Virus record (IMG/VR): IMGVR_UViG_3300033141_003975
Span: 1-61,348 of that record
Length of the DNA stretch: 61,348 nucleotides
DNA from: a virus
Lineage: Duplodnaviria; Caudoviricetes
Strand: one strand, 5' to 3'
The notes under the pieces are model-generated. The model searched no databases. It saw nothing but the letters and a program-made list of their open reading frames with translations, and had not been told where the DNA came from. This document shows, piece by piece, positions 28,089 to 37,768 of this stretch. The first letter of the stretch is position 1. The number at the start of each line of letters is the position of its first letter. The position numbers and the translations under genes were made by a program.

Positions 28089-28550
28089 TTAATATCTAAT
28101 TACGGCGAAAATCAACGCCGTGGCGCTGGATGGAGTGACGGAAGCTATATACTGCCCTGACTCCAAATACCCCAAACCAGCAACAGCCCCAAAATGAAAA
28201 CAAGCTACTTCACTCGCACTCAGAACATAATCTGTAATATGAGCTGTTCGATTATTCAGTGGGGTTGTATTGATTGTGAAGGTAGCAGTTGCCGTATCAC
28301 TGCTATAATCGCGATTCCGCACAAGCAAAAACTCCTTTCCTGTAATCGCGAATGTAGCCCCTGTCGTAGGACTTGCCACAGTCCAGTTCAGATCGAGACT
28401 ATCCGCGTCAACAGGAACGGATACATACGGCCCCAAGGGTTCTTGTACGTCAACTTCCGTAGCCCAAGCATTGAGCCAGCATATAGGCAAAATCACAATA
28501 GCGGTAATTGCCATACTCAGAATACTGTGTTTGATTGCTCTCACTCTCAT
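28089..28550 (-). CDS. signal-peptide beta-rich protein in the neck/tail operon
   Basis: GGAGGTG RBS; MRVRAIKHSILSMAITAIVILPICWLNAWA-TEV. Confidence 0.7.
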   Translation of the reverse strand: MRVRAIKHSILSMAITAIVILPICWLNAWATEVDVQEPLGPYVSVPVDADSLDLNWTVASPTTGATFAITGKEFLLVRNRDYSSDTATATFTINTTPLNNRTAHITDYVLSASEVACFHFGAVAGLGYLESGQYIASVTPSSATALIFAVIRY

Positions 28551-28553
28551 GTT

Positions 28554-28943
28554 TCACCTCCAGATAACGGTTATGGATACAGCCCCATACGGCACGTGAA
28601 TGGATGTATCAAGCTGATCCGAGATTCCATCGACGAATAAACCCAACACTTCACTCCCTCCCATTACCCCCGATAAGAAACTCTCACAGGAACTCCTGAT
28701 CCCTGTCATAATTGTTTCGACGTCTTCCTTGCACGTGCCGAAGACGTGGAGCAGGAAGGTGCTCTCAGTTATTTCAGAAGCTCCCGCCGTCAAATACTCC
28801 CTGTACTCATACTTCCGTTGTACCGTGACAGCAGGAGGATCTTCACCTCGCAAGCGCAGACCGTGGGGACGAACCCGACCGCCACACAGCGAGGCAATAA
28901 CGGGTACTGTTTTCAGCCACTGAACGAGATCCGCAAACATCAA
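28554..28943 (-). CDS. tail terminator/completion protein (DUF3168-like)
   Basis: L..L.GGRV.P...PAVTVQ pattern and position. Confidence 0.7.
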   Translation of the reverse strand: MMFADLVQWLKTVPVIASLCGGRVRPHGLRLRGEDPPAVTVQRKYEYREYLTAGASEITESTFLLHVFGTCKEDVETIMTGIRSSCESFLSGVMGGSEVLGLFVDGISDQLDTSIHVPYGAVSITVIWR

Positions 28944-29233
28944 ATCTCTCCGTGGTATACGCCGACGAATGCTTCACCGGCGGCTGTCTTAAACCTGACC
29001 CTCGCGACAATACAATCTCCGGTCACCAACGTGAACAAACAGAAATCCTCACCATATTTGTCTTTCTGTTCCGGCAGTTCCTGTATACAAAGGACTTTGT
29101 CGGGACTGAAAGCTATTTGCGGGAAACCCTCAGCCAGACCGGTCTGGACCGCGTGTTCAATAAAGTTCCATTCATTACTCTGTAGGAACATACCATATAC
29201 AATCATTTCCAATGCCCCCTTTGGATCATCCAT
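28940..29233 (-). CDS. hypothetical protein
   Basis: 97-aa ORF overlapping its neighbours in the operon. Confidence 0.55.
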   Translation of the reverse strand: MDDPKGALEMIVYGMFLQSNEWNFIEHAVQTGLAEGFPQIAFSPDKVLCIQELPEQKDKYGEDFCLFTLVTGDCIVARVRFKTAAGEAFVGVYHGEI

Positions 29234-29631
29234 TTTCTGAGTTGCGCCATAATCGCGGCGAAACTCTGCGGGAATGTTTCTTCCAGGGACAGCAGCATCG
29301 TGTGGAAAGCGGGCATCATGCCACGGGAAGCACCTGATTGTGTATAGCGCATACGGGTGCCGAGCTCTATGAGATGAGATTGGTAGGCATTCATGCGAAC
29401 CGATATCGTAATACCTCTGTGCTCATAAGGTTTCCGCATGTGTACCTTCACATTCTCTCTCGTATACCCTGTGTCTTCGGGCACAGTTTCTCGCACACGC
29501 CGACGTAGTACCTGAGCTCCGGCTCGCAACCCCGACCTGGAAGCATTTGTTGCCAGACGCTTCCCGAGTTTATTGATGTTCATAATAACCTCGTGGGTAT
29601 TGCGAAAGCGTATGTCTAACGAAGACTTCAT
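29203..29631 (-). CDS. HK97 gp10-like tail morphogenesis protein
   Basis: LRAGA......VPEDTG...HLIELGT...MPA. Confidence 0.82.
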   Translation of the reverse strand: MKSSLDIRFRNTHEVIMNINKLGKRLATNASRSGLRAGAQVLRRRVRETVPEDTGYTRENVKVHMRKPYEHRGITISVRMNAYQSHLIELGTRMRYTQSGASRGMMPAFHTMLLSLEETFPQSFAAIMAQLRKWMIQRGHWK

Positions 29632-29981
29632 AACAACGATCCTTCGCGTTGCGTTGGGTATGATCCCGTCAGGACCAAGCCTTCCCGAGGAGCACCATAT
29701 TCTGTTATCCCCTCGATAATGTACTTTTTGTCATCCATCTCCACGGCCCAGGATAAGGCAATATCATCCCGATGCCGTATCAGGAACAACTTCCTCACCC
29801 TCGTCCCCGTTTGATCTTGTGCGTATAAATCCTCCGGCTTCTCTTTCAGCACCGCCGCCCAGACTTCATCAACTTCTTCCCAAGCCGAATCACGCTGCAA
29901 GTTGGGGTCTCCATAAATATCCTCAGCCCCTGTCGGTTTGAGGAGCTTTATACGTATGCGCAGTGTGCCAGCTTGTATCAT
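29628..29981 (-). CDS. head closure/head-tail adaptor (SPP1 gp16-like)
   Basis: AGTLRIRI...VWAAV...IRHRDDI...Y.I..I. Confidence 0.82.
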   Translation of the reverse strand: MIQAGTLRIRIKLLKPTGAEDIYGDPNLQRDSAWEEVDEVWAAVLKEKPEDLYAQDQTGTRVRKLFLIRHRDDIALSWAVEMDDKKYIIEGITEYGAPREGLVLTGSYPTQREGSLL

Positions 29982-30559
29982 GAGAACACCCCACCTACGC
30001 GGTACATATTCAGGATGGACATTGGACCGAGAGGGATTGAGGCCTGCGCTGTGGCATACCCCGTAACCTCTCTATTGGAAAATAAATGCCCGCATATTTG
30101 CAATATCGCGTGTTTGATATCCTCAGGTACATCACCGGCGCCACCGTAGCCACAGACGAAAGTCACCGTGACCGCGTTCATCTCGTTGTAGGTTGCAGGC
30201 CACACATAATTAGCCTTGGGTGCGATCCTCCCTGGTTCCCGCTTCGTGTCAACCTGATATTCCGAAACCGACCAAGTTGTCTCCACGTTATTCGCGTCGT
30301 AATACACGATGCCGGGGACGGACTGTAGTGGTGGCCTCGGTACCCAGATGTAGTCGGGAGGGAACGTGTCCAGGTACAAATCCCAAGTCTGCGTGACAAA
30401 TGCTCGACGAGTGTATTCCTCTGCAATACGCCGTGCAGACGTAATCAACTTCGTGAGCAAAGTGTCTTCGGAGGAGCCGTCCTCTCGGATGTGGCTCTTC
30501 ACCTCAGCCAAGGTTACCGGCTCCTCCGCTGGCGCGCTGATAAGTCTGGCCGTCACCAT
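29978..30559 (-). CDS. head-tail connector (HK97 gp6/SPP1 gp15-like)
   Basis: PAEEPVTLAEVKSHIR...AEEYTRRAFVTQTW...VPEDIKHAIL...NRE. Confidence 0.9.
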   Translation of the reverse strand: MVTARLISAPAEEPVTLAEVKSHIREDGSSEDTLLTKLITSARRIAEEYTRRAFVTQTWDLYLDTFPPDYIWVPRPPLQSVPGIVYYDANNVETTWSVSEYQVDTKREPGRIAPKANYVWPATYNEMNAVTVTFVCGYGGAGDVPEDIKHAILQICGHLFSNREVTGYATAQASIPLGPMSILNMYRVGGVFS

Positions 30560-30568
30560 CTCATCCCT

Positions 30569-31387
30569 CTACCATCCTTGTCTGTTGGACCAGACGCGGA
30601 TGTAGTCGATGTGAAATTGTCGCGTTCCGGCAGCTCTGTTCTGAATGCCGAAATACGGACAATAGAAAACACCCGTGTTAATTGCTGATGCTACTGGGGC
30701 ATTGACCAGATTGCCGTCGAAGTAGAATGTGACGGTCCCGTCAACACCCAACTCCACACGTAGCGTATGCCACGTCTGGGCCAAAGCAGCTGTGGTAATT
30801 GCCGTGTCGGTTGCTTCATAGGCTGTGCTCTTCGTGCCATCTTTGACACAAACAGTCCGAATGTGATCTGTCGTTGTGTCCGCGTCAAAGAAAAACACGG
30901 CACAGTTACTGGCAGCTGCCGTAATAGTCAGAGCACCCGAACCTACAATAGGAAGAGTGGAACTCTCTGCTTGTGCATCCGAGAACCCTACGTTCCAGGC
31001 GCAGGTTGGGTTGTCAAACCGCACCCGAGCTTCAAGAGCAGCTGCCATATCCGCACGCCATGCCACTTGACCCGCAAATTGACCGAGGTCGTTGTCGGCA
31101 GCAGCAGTGTGTATTGCCCAAGTTCCGCAACTCACCTGGCAAGAACTCGCCCCTACCGTTGCAAAGGCAAAGCCTCCAGGAGTTGCATGGCCAATTTCCC
31201 CGACTGCACCCTGTGGCACATCGAGGAACTCCAATTCCAAGTACTGGGGGTAGAATGGGTGAATGGTTTCCTGAGACGCGGAGTCTATGTACAAGAACCG
31301 CATATCACGATTCCGCGCCTCCGTACCCCCGAACACCACCCCGACGGTCAAAGCCATCAGGACTACGAGAAAGCTAAAACGCTTCAT
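30569..31387 (-). CDS. signal-peptide protein with concanavalin A/LamG-like beta sandwich
   Basis: GGGAGG RBS before ATG 31387, MKRFSFLVVLMALTVGVVFG; WHTLRVEL...VTFYFDG...IDYIRVW. Confidence 0.72.
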   Translation of the reverse strand: MKRFSFLVVLMALTVGVVFGGTEARNRDMRFLYIDSASQETIHPFYPQYLELEFLDVPQGAVGEIGHATPGGFAFATVGASSCQVSCGTWAIHTAAADNDLGQFAGQVAWRADMAAALEARVRFDNPTCAWNVGFSDAQAESSTLPIVGSGALTITAAASNCAVFFFDADTTTDHIRTVCVKDGTKSTAYEATDTAITTAALAQTWHTLRVELGVDGTVTFYFDGNLVNAPVASAINTGVFYCPYFGIQNRAAGTRQFHIDYIRVWSNRQGW

Positions 31388-31403
31388 GATTATCCTCCCT
31401 TTA

Positions 31404-31886
31404 TTAGGCAAGTGCCGTCGGAGGCGCATCGCCTGCGTACTTCAGGTCGAAGAGTTGGGCGAGCACTGCTCCAGTGCACGGGTCATCATTCTCGTCCTCG
31501 ACCATAGTCAGCTCCACCCATTCCTCACCATCCTCGAGCTCGCTAGCTTCAATCGAGACCTGGTAGGTCTGATTCGATCCCGCCGTCATATCGAATCCAG
31601 TTGCGGCACACTCGGTCCAATTGCCTTGTGTGTCGTCAGAAGTACAGACTCGATAGCGGAATGGGATTGCCGTGCGGGAGCTCGGCGTGTCATCGGGACA
31701 AGAATTCAGCGTGACAGTAGATACCCCCGTACCGCCGGTACTTGTGCCTCGGAGGATTGTAAAGATAATCGTCTCGGCATTTGCCAATTTGATGACTTTG
31801 GTCCGTACGGTTCCTGCGAAAGCATCCGCCGCAGGCGCTAAGGCAAGGATCGGATGCTGATTCTGTATTGCGTTAGATGCACTCAT
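31404..31886 (-). CDS. putative capsid decoration protein
   Basis: Beta-rich 160-aa ORF directly after the major capsid gene, strong RBS. Confidence 0.6.
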   Translation of the reverse strand: MSASNAIQNQHPILALAPAADAFAGTVRTKVIKLANAETIIFTILRGTSTGGTGVSTVTLNSCPDDTPSSRTAIPFRYRVCTSDDTQGNWTECAATGFDMTAGSNQTYQVSIEASELEDGEEWVELTMVEDENDDPCTGAVLAQLFDLKYAGDAPPTALA

Positions 31887-31907
31887 CTTTTCTCTCCTTT
31901 TCTCGAA

Positions 31908-33365
31908 TTATCGCGCCTCTAGGACGACGAATGGGCTCAGGGTGTCGGTTCCATACGCAGGGGTGAGGGCTGACTTCCACCACGTTCCGCCATTGATTCG
32001 CAAGACAAACCTGAATACGGATTCGTCGTTCACGAAGCGGACATGGATTGAGGATGCCGACTGCAACCCACCTTTCCGAATCAACACATACTCATCGAAT
32101 GCAGCGAGAATGACATCCCCCACATCTCCCAAGGCACTAGCCTGTTCGATTGGGAGTACGGGTCTGCCAAACAGCGTTGCGTAAGGCGCTTGTGACCAAC
32201 CTCCAGGCGGTAAATATACGGGGTAGCCGCTCGTACCGGACATCACGCTCAATAGCATGAGCTGAGGTTCGACTGATTGATTTATCAGCCACACGGCCTT
32301 CTCGCGGGAGCGGGTATAACACCTCCCCCACATCTTCGCCAAGTTCTCGGCCACGACCGTATCCGCAGACTGTCCGGCTTCTTTGGAGACGGTGACAAGT
32401 GCGGAGCTGTTGAGGATACCGAGGGGTTCGCCAGCTCCTGTACCTCGGATAATCCGGTCGTCCAGCTCGAAAGCCAGTTCCTCAGGTACAGCCTGCTGTA
32501 CAACAGACTCCAGGAATACCGAGTCCTGGAGCATCTCGTTGGAGCTGTAAACCAGGGCTGCCAGCTTCTCCAGCTCCAAACCGAATTGGCGAAACTTCGG
32601 CTGACTGGCCGTGATAGCAGCAGCTTCCGCTGTCCAGTAACCTCGTACACCACCAAGGCGAGATCCCCGTACTCGCGAAGTCTCATCAAAGACGGGGAGT
32701 TTGATGCCATTGGAGTTGGGGCCAATCGGGAGAGAGCGGCAATAACTCGCCAATCGCGACTGTTCATACGTGGACTTCAACAGAGACGTGGAGTAGTCTG
32801 GGTTCAACAGGTATCCGCCGTCGGAAGGCACTGTCTCGCCAAGACCCGTAGCTGCACGCAGCTCCCTGTTGTAGTTATTCAGCTGAACCAGCATTTGAGG
32901 GTCAGCCTGGTCTGGATTAGCTGCCGCGTGAATGGCCCGTAATTGCTCACCAAGGGAAGAGAATGGGGAGCTTGGGCCACGAACATCAGTGACTTCCGAA
33001 CTGGGCTGTGTAGCGGTCTCCACATTACCCACACGCGCACGCTTCTCCTCTTCCTCTTTAGCCTTACGCTCGGACTCCGCCTTCATGAGCTCTTCAATCT
33101 GGGTTGCATGCTCGGTTGCGCGAGCTTCAGCTGCTTCCTTCTCCTCAACCGCTTGGAGAAGTTCTTCCTGATGCTCAATCCGAACTTCAAGCCCGGTCAC
33201 ATCCTTGCTGTACTCGTTGATCTTCCGTCGCTCTTCATCATTCAGCGGGCGACGGTTGCCGTCTTGGTCCACGCAGCTCTCGTCGAGGATCAGCATCTTC
33301 TGCCGTACGTCTCGAAGCTTTGCGCGGAGCTCCTTAATCAGGGCACGTATTTCTTTGGAATTCAT
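31908..33365 (-). CDS. HK97-fold major capsid protein with N-terminal coiled-coil delta domain
   Basis: SDGGYLL.P, WTAEA, GTGAGEPLGIL, LFGRPV, VFRFVLR. Confidence 0.95.
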   Translation of the reverse strand: MNSKEIRALIKELRAKLRDVRQKMLILDESCVDQDGNRRPLNDEERRKINEYSKDVTGLEVRIEHQEELLQAVEEKEAAEARATEHATQIEELMKAESERKAKEEEEKRARVGNVETATQPSSEVTDVRGPSSPFSSLGEQLRAIHAAANPDQADPQMLVQLNNYNRELRAATGLGETVPSDGGYLLNPDYSTSLLKSTYEQSRLASYCRSLPIGPNSNGIKLPVFDETSRVRGSRLGGVRGYWTAEAAAITASQPKFRQFGLELEKLAALVYSSNEMLQDSVFLESVVQQAVPEELAFELDDRIIRGTGAGEPLGILNSSALVTVSKEAGQSADTVVAENLAKMWGRCYTRSREKAVWLINQSVEPQLMLLSVMSGTSGYPVYLPPGGWSQAPYATLFGRPVLPIEQASALGDVGDVILAAFDEYVLIRKGGLQSASSIHVRFVNDESVFRFVLRINGGTWWKSALTPAYGTDTLSPFVVLEAR

Positions 33366-33366
33366 G

Positions 33367-34275
33367 TTAGAACCTCCGTCCTATGATTGCTGCTCGCAGG
33401 AGTTCGTAGCTTCGCAAATCTTCGTCTGAGAGTTCTGCGAGGCGCGGCGTGTCTTCCACGTGCTCCTCGGGAGGCTCCTCGTCATACTCAACATCGGCGT
33501 GTGCCAATTCGTATACTCCGCGAGCGTCCAGAACAAACGTTCCAGGAAAGGCCGGCTCAGTGACCAAAGCCACCTCAAACAACCTCGCCTGTCGAACGGT
33601 TCTTAATGGCGGTTTTTTGTTGTTATCCCAAACCTCGTCCATCGCAACAAATGTCATGGACATCCCATCGACATAAGAGTCGCGGACAAGGGATAAGACA
33701 TCACGTCCGAGGGTGGTGTCAGGGAGTGTTATTTCTGCGCGTAAACCCACTTCGTCTTCGTGGAGACTCAGTGTTTCATTGTCGGTACGGCCCAGTAGAT
33801 TGGACGGGTTGTGATTCCAAGTTGCTATTTGTTGAGATTCTTTTATTGTTTTTTTGAAAGCTCCACGTTTGAATTGTTCCTGAAACCAATCCCCTATTAC
33901 CGCAATGTCATCAAATATATTTGCGTAACCCACAACAACAGACCTGTCCCTTTCTTCTTTTAGTTCAATATCAAGTGACACGGTCCGCGACTCCCTCACA
34001 TTGTAATTCCTGTCCACTTCCCTCTTATGCTCCGCTACCCACGCCTTCGCCTCAGCCATCGTCCACCCCTTCGGATTCTCCTCAGACTTCTTCTGAAACA
34101 AATACTTCTGAATCTTCATCTTCCCATTCCCGTTCTTCAGCTTCCCTACGACAGCCAGTATCTTTCTGCCGGAAGTCTTGAGGAGAGTTATCGTGCGGAA
34201 GGTGCTGGAGATAAACTCACTCCTATCCCGTATTGGGATATGATGGTACTCGCCGGTCGGTGGTGTCTCAGGCAT
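33367..34275 (-). CDS. HK97-family prohead protease with ~85-aa N-terminal extra domain
   Basis: GYANIF, NHN...LGRT, GMSMTF, LFEVALVTEPAF. Confidence 0.92.
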   Translation of the reverse strand: MPETPPTGEYHHIPIRDRSEFISSTFRTITLLKTSGRKILAVVGKLKNGNGKMKIQKYLFQKKSEENPKGWTMAEAKAWVAEHKREVDRNYNVRESRTVSLDIELKEERDRSVVVGYANIFDDIAVIGDWFQEQFKRGAFKKTIKESQQIATWNHNPSNLLGRTDNETLSLHEDEVGLRAEITLPDTTLGRDVLSLVRDSYVDGMSMTFVAMDEVWDNNKKPPLRTVRQARLFEVALVTEPAFPGTFVLDARGVYELAHADVEYDEEPPEEHVEDTPRLAELSDEDLRSYELLRAAIIGRRF

Positions 34276-35545
34276 CGTCCTTGTCCTCTTCTTTGGTTTT
34301 CTGGTTGGTACTCTCCATGTTCAAAGGATGGAAGAAAGCGTCGCCGTCGGGGTCTTTGCGTCGCGGACGATTTTCCATCGCACGGACCTCGTTAGCTGAA
34401 AGAAACCCGCGATCCCAAGCTTCGGCATACGCTCTGTACCTCGTACGAATATCCCCCTTGAGCAGAGCATCGACTTTGAATTCCACAAGCATTCGCCGAC
34501 GTTGTTCTTCGGGGGATAGTAGCTGGCAGAAACAGGCTGATTGCCACATGCCGAGGATGTTTCCGAGGGAGTAGGTGACGAAGTCAATAGAGGCTTGCTC
34601 GACATTCGCAAACGTCGCCCTCTCCCAATCCCCGACCTTTGTCGGCGGGACATTGAAGGACCGCGCCGCCTCCGTATTCTGATGCTTGCGACACTCGGTC
34701 ATTTGACTCTCTTGTGGCGCAAACATTCCGAGCGGCTTGATATCTGCGCGTTCCTCAAGCACCCCAGGAATATGCCAATTACTACTCCCGCTATAATTCT
34801 TCGACCATCTCCGACGCAGCTCCTCGTGACGTTCGTCACTCAATATCCCCTCCACCTGGATTGCATAAGGAGCTGTCGCCCCCTGCCGGAAGAAACGGGC
34901 TGCATATTCCTCGGCAGCTAAGCTTAGTGCTATGGAATTACTATGCAGCTCGGCTTTACATAGACCAGTCAGGCCGTCCAAGGAGAACAGTCGGAGGTGG
35001 AAAATATCTCGGGATGTTTTTGTTACGGTCTGATTCCCCTTTGCACGAAGCTTGTATAGGATGTCAAATCCATCCCGTTCCAGAGTGACATGAGTCATTG
35101 GCCAGCCATATATTCCAACAATCATCTCCCCTTCCCGCTCCAACACAGCAACAGCATTCCCATAGAGAAGGGCATTCGCAGTCATCATGCCTTTGAAATC
35201 GTAAGCAGACTGGTGTGGGTTCGGTTTCTCATGAAGTAGGGTGTAGAGAGGGTGATCGTAAGCCACCTTCTTTTCGGAAGGGTCATCTGTTCCGCGTTCA
35301 TATATAAACAGGGGGAGGTAGGCAATAATCCCCGAGAGTAGTTCGACGGCGTTACAATGGGCTGTGGAACGGAGGATATCGGCGGGAGTGATAGCAAAGC
35401 CCGCGTCGGTATGGAAAGCGGGACCGCTGTCCATAGCCTCGGCGAAGGCAGCTAAGTTCTGGAACGGTGGGTAGATACGTCCGGCGATCCTTGCTCGCAA
35501 GTCACGCCAGCGTCCTCTCAAGCTCTTATTGCGCTGTTGCTTCAA
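34268..35545 (-). CDS. HK97-family portal protein
   Basis: HPLYTLLHEKPNP, LLYGNA, IFHLR..SLDGLTG, AARSFNVPP, NEVRAMEN. Confidence 0.95.
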   Translation of the reverse strand: MKQQRNKSLRGRWRDLRARIAGRIYPPFQNLAAFAEAMDSGPAFHTDAGFAITPADILRSTAHCNAVELLSGIIAYLPLFIYERGTDDPSEKKVAYDHPLYTLLHEKPNPHQSAYDFKGMMTANALLYGNAVAVLEREGEMIVGIYGWPMTHVTLERDGFDILYKLRAKGNQTVTKTSRDIFHLRLFSLDGLTGLCKAELHSNSIALSLAAEEYAARFFRQGATAPYAIQVEGILSDERHEELRRRWSKNYSGSSNWHIPGVLEERADIKPLGMFAPQESQMTECRKHQNTEAARSFNVPPTKVGDWERATFANVEQASIDFVTYSLGNILGMWQSACFCQLLSPEEQRRRMLVEFKVDALLKGDIRTRYRAYAEAWDRGFLSANEVRAMENRPRRKDPDGDAFFHPLNMESTNQKTKEEDKDDA

Positions 35546-37229
35546 CTTCCTTGGTAAAGGGAGTCAAAAAACGGATATCACGGGTTTCATATATGCATCG
35601 TTTCCCTTGTCCTTTCCTCGTCCAGCAGTCTATGGCGATGATGGTCGCCACTATCCCATCTATTTTATACACACTTCGCTTTTTGTCAACCTTAATGTTG
35701 TCGTTGGAGTCTCTGGCCACGACTGCGTTTCCAGCCATCCAACGCAGTATAGGATTCCCACCATGTCTGATCTTCCCTTCCAGGTACAGCCGCTCGAACT
35801 CTTTTGTGGGGATCGCCATCTGCATAAAGGACTGGGATACGAGAACTACTTCGCACAGTCCCGACAGTTCGGATTCCAGCATCATGCCGGTCTCATACCC
35901 CTGGAATAATCTGTCGATCCCCAGCACCCTGAGATTAAACTTCCTCGCATCCTCTTCGATGGCTTTGCGGATGACAGCGTAGTCAATGGCGTTGCCTTCG
36001 GTAGTGCGCAACCAGCCGTGGCTTTTCCATTGCCTATACCTCTCACGATTCTTGTTATTCTCATCCCACAAGCGGGCTTCGGGGCACCAACAGCGTACAA
36101 GGAGTTGTATCCCGCCGTCGTCCTCAGGGAATACGAGGGCAAAGGCCGTGATGTCCTGGGTTGATGCCAGGTCCAGGCCCCCATAGCACAACCTCCCGTA
36201 CAACTCCTCCTCCCTCACTTCCCTTCCGGCTTGCTGATCCCAAGTAATGATATCCAGCCAGGACTCGGAGCGTTGTACCCACTCGTTCAGGTGCTTCTGC
36301 CTAAATGCTATCCTCTCAGACGGGAGCTTCTCACTCCGCTTCCACTTCGTCCTGAGATCATCCAGTTTCACGATGGAGCCCAATCCTGGGTTGGCTTTGT
36401 GCCAAATGGATTCGTCAGCGGGGTCGTCGTTCTCGTCCAGCTCGAATATGAAGGGGAGGAAGGTGTCGTCGGAGCCGAATTCGTCGAGGCAGGAGCAGCC
36501 GTAATCATACTTGTCACGGCAAACGTGGCCAATGTCGTCACCAGCTGTTGTTGTAATCAGCAGTAAGGGCTGTCTACGGGCCGCTGTGGACGTTTCTAGG
36601 CTGTTCCATACATCTGATGCCTGATGAGCGTGTAATTCGTCTACGAGGCCGCAATGGACGTTTAGGCCGTCCATGCGTTTGGCATCGGAGCTGAGGGGGA
36701 TGAAGGTGGAGCCATTCTCGCTGTGAACTATCTCGTTCTTCATGATGTTGATGCCGACATCTGTGAGGTTAGAGCGTAAAGCTATCTGTCGGGCGCAGTC
36801 GAATATGATCCTGGCCTGATCCCGTTTGGTTGCCGCACTCACAACCTCGGCCCCGCTCTCACCGTCGCATAGTAAGCAATACAATCCTATGCCTGCTGCG
36901 AAGTGGCTCTTGCCATTTTTTCTGGCAACTTGTAGGTACGCGACCTTATATACCCTTTCCCCTGAGGTACGGTGCCATCCGAATAGCATCCAAAGGAAAG
37001 CTTTCTGCCAGGGTTCTAACTCAAACTTCCTTCCTGCCCATTCTCCTTTCCAATGGCGGAGTTCGCCGAAGAACTCGATAATGTGTCGGGCTTTGTCTTC
37101 CATAAACACATACCCTCTCTCGTCTGCATTAACTTCCATCCAGTAGTGGAGTTCGCAAACTTGCCTTATCCTTCTACAAGCTTCTATCTCTCCTACAGCT
37201 ACAGCTTCTATCCAAGACTTAGCTCTCAT
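35526..37229 (-). CDS. terL: terminase large subunit (HK97-like, 3' cos type)
   Basis: VARKNGKS Walker A, VDELH Walker B, ITTAG-like motif, GLDLAS, KIDGIVA. Confidence 0.96.
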   Translation of the reverse strand: MRAKSWIEAVAVGEIEACRRIRQVCELHYWMEVNADERGYVFMEDKARHIIEFFGELRHWKGEWAGRKFELEPWQKAFLWMLFGWHRTSGERVYKVAYLQVARKNGKSHFAAGIGLYCLLCDGESGAEVVSAATKRDQARIIFDCARQIALRSNLTDVGINIMKNEIVHSENGSTFIPLSSDAKRMDGLNVHCGLVDELHAHQASDVWNSLETSTAARRQPLLLITTTAGDDIGHVCRDKYDYGCSCLDEFGSDDTFLPFIFELDENDDPADESIWHKANPGLGSIVKLDDLRTKWKRSEKLPSERIAFRQKHLNEWVQRSESWLDIITWDQQAGREVREEELYGRLCYGGLDLASTQDITAFALVFPEDDGGIQLLVRCWCPEARLWDENNKNRERYRQWKSHGWLRTTEGNAIDYAVIRKAIEEDARKFNLRVLGIDRLFQGYETGMMLESELSGLCEVVLVSQSFMQMAIPTKEFERLYLEGKIRHGGNPILRWMAGNAVVARDSNDNIKVDKKRSVYKIDGIVATIIAIDCWTRKGQGKRCIYETRDIRFLTPFTKEVEATAQ

Positions 37230-37240
37230 ACTAACACCTC

Positions 37241-37289
37241 CTTTAATACTAATATAGGTATTATACCAATACCTATATTAGTATTAAAG
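37241..37289. repeat. perfect 22-bp inverted repeat abutting the terL RBS
   Basis: CTTTAATACTAATATAGGTATT-atacc-AATACCTATATTAGTATTAAAG. Confidence 0.9.
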
Positions 37290-37768
37290 CTAAAGCAATA
37301 GCTATTGGCATAGCTATTGCTATTTAAGAGCTTTAATTAAAGGGAGTAGCTATTTGTTGTACCTATTAAAAAGAAAAATAAGCAGCGAAGCTGCTTATAC
37401 AAAGAAAAGAAATCCCAGCCAGCCTTTCCAGCAAAATCATTCCCAAACTCCCCCCGCTGTCCCTGTTCCAGAACAATGGCTCGGTGTGAAAAAAGTTCCA
37501 AACTGTCCTAGGGCTGTTGGAGCCCTCCGAAACGGCCTCCGAGTTCGTAAAGTTGACCAATGCAGTCAGGTACCCCCGATTGCACCGAGATTGCACTACC
37601 CTACCTACCCGATAGGGTGTATCGACTATTACTTTTCGGTTGCCCTAACTTTTCACGATCAAACTTGGACTTCTGTAATGGGCACTTTCCTACATTGAAG
37701 CGCGAATTGACAGACTTTGGGACAGTGCAGGAATTACGGGGAGATATTTCCCATATATATATAAGAGA

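Noticed and set aside
475-37301. Numerous plus-strand ORFs opposite replication and structural genes (for example 4149..5174)
   Set aside because: Antisense shadows of well-supported minus-strand genes, with no motifs or RBS.
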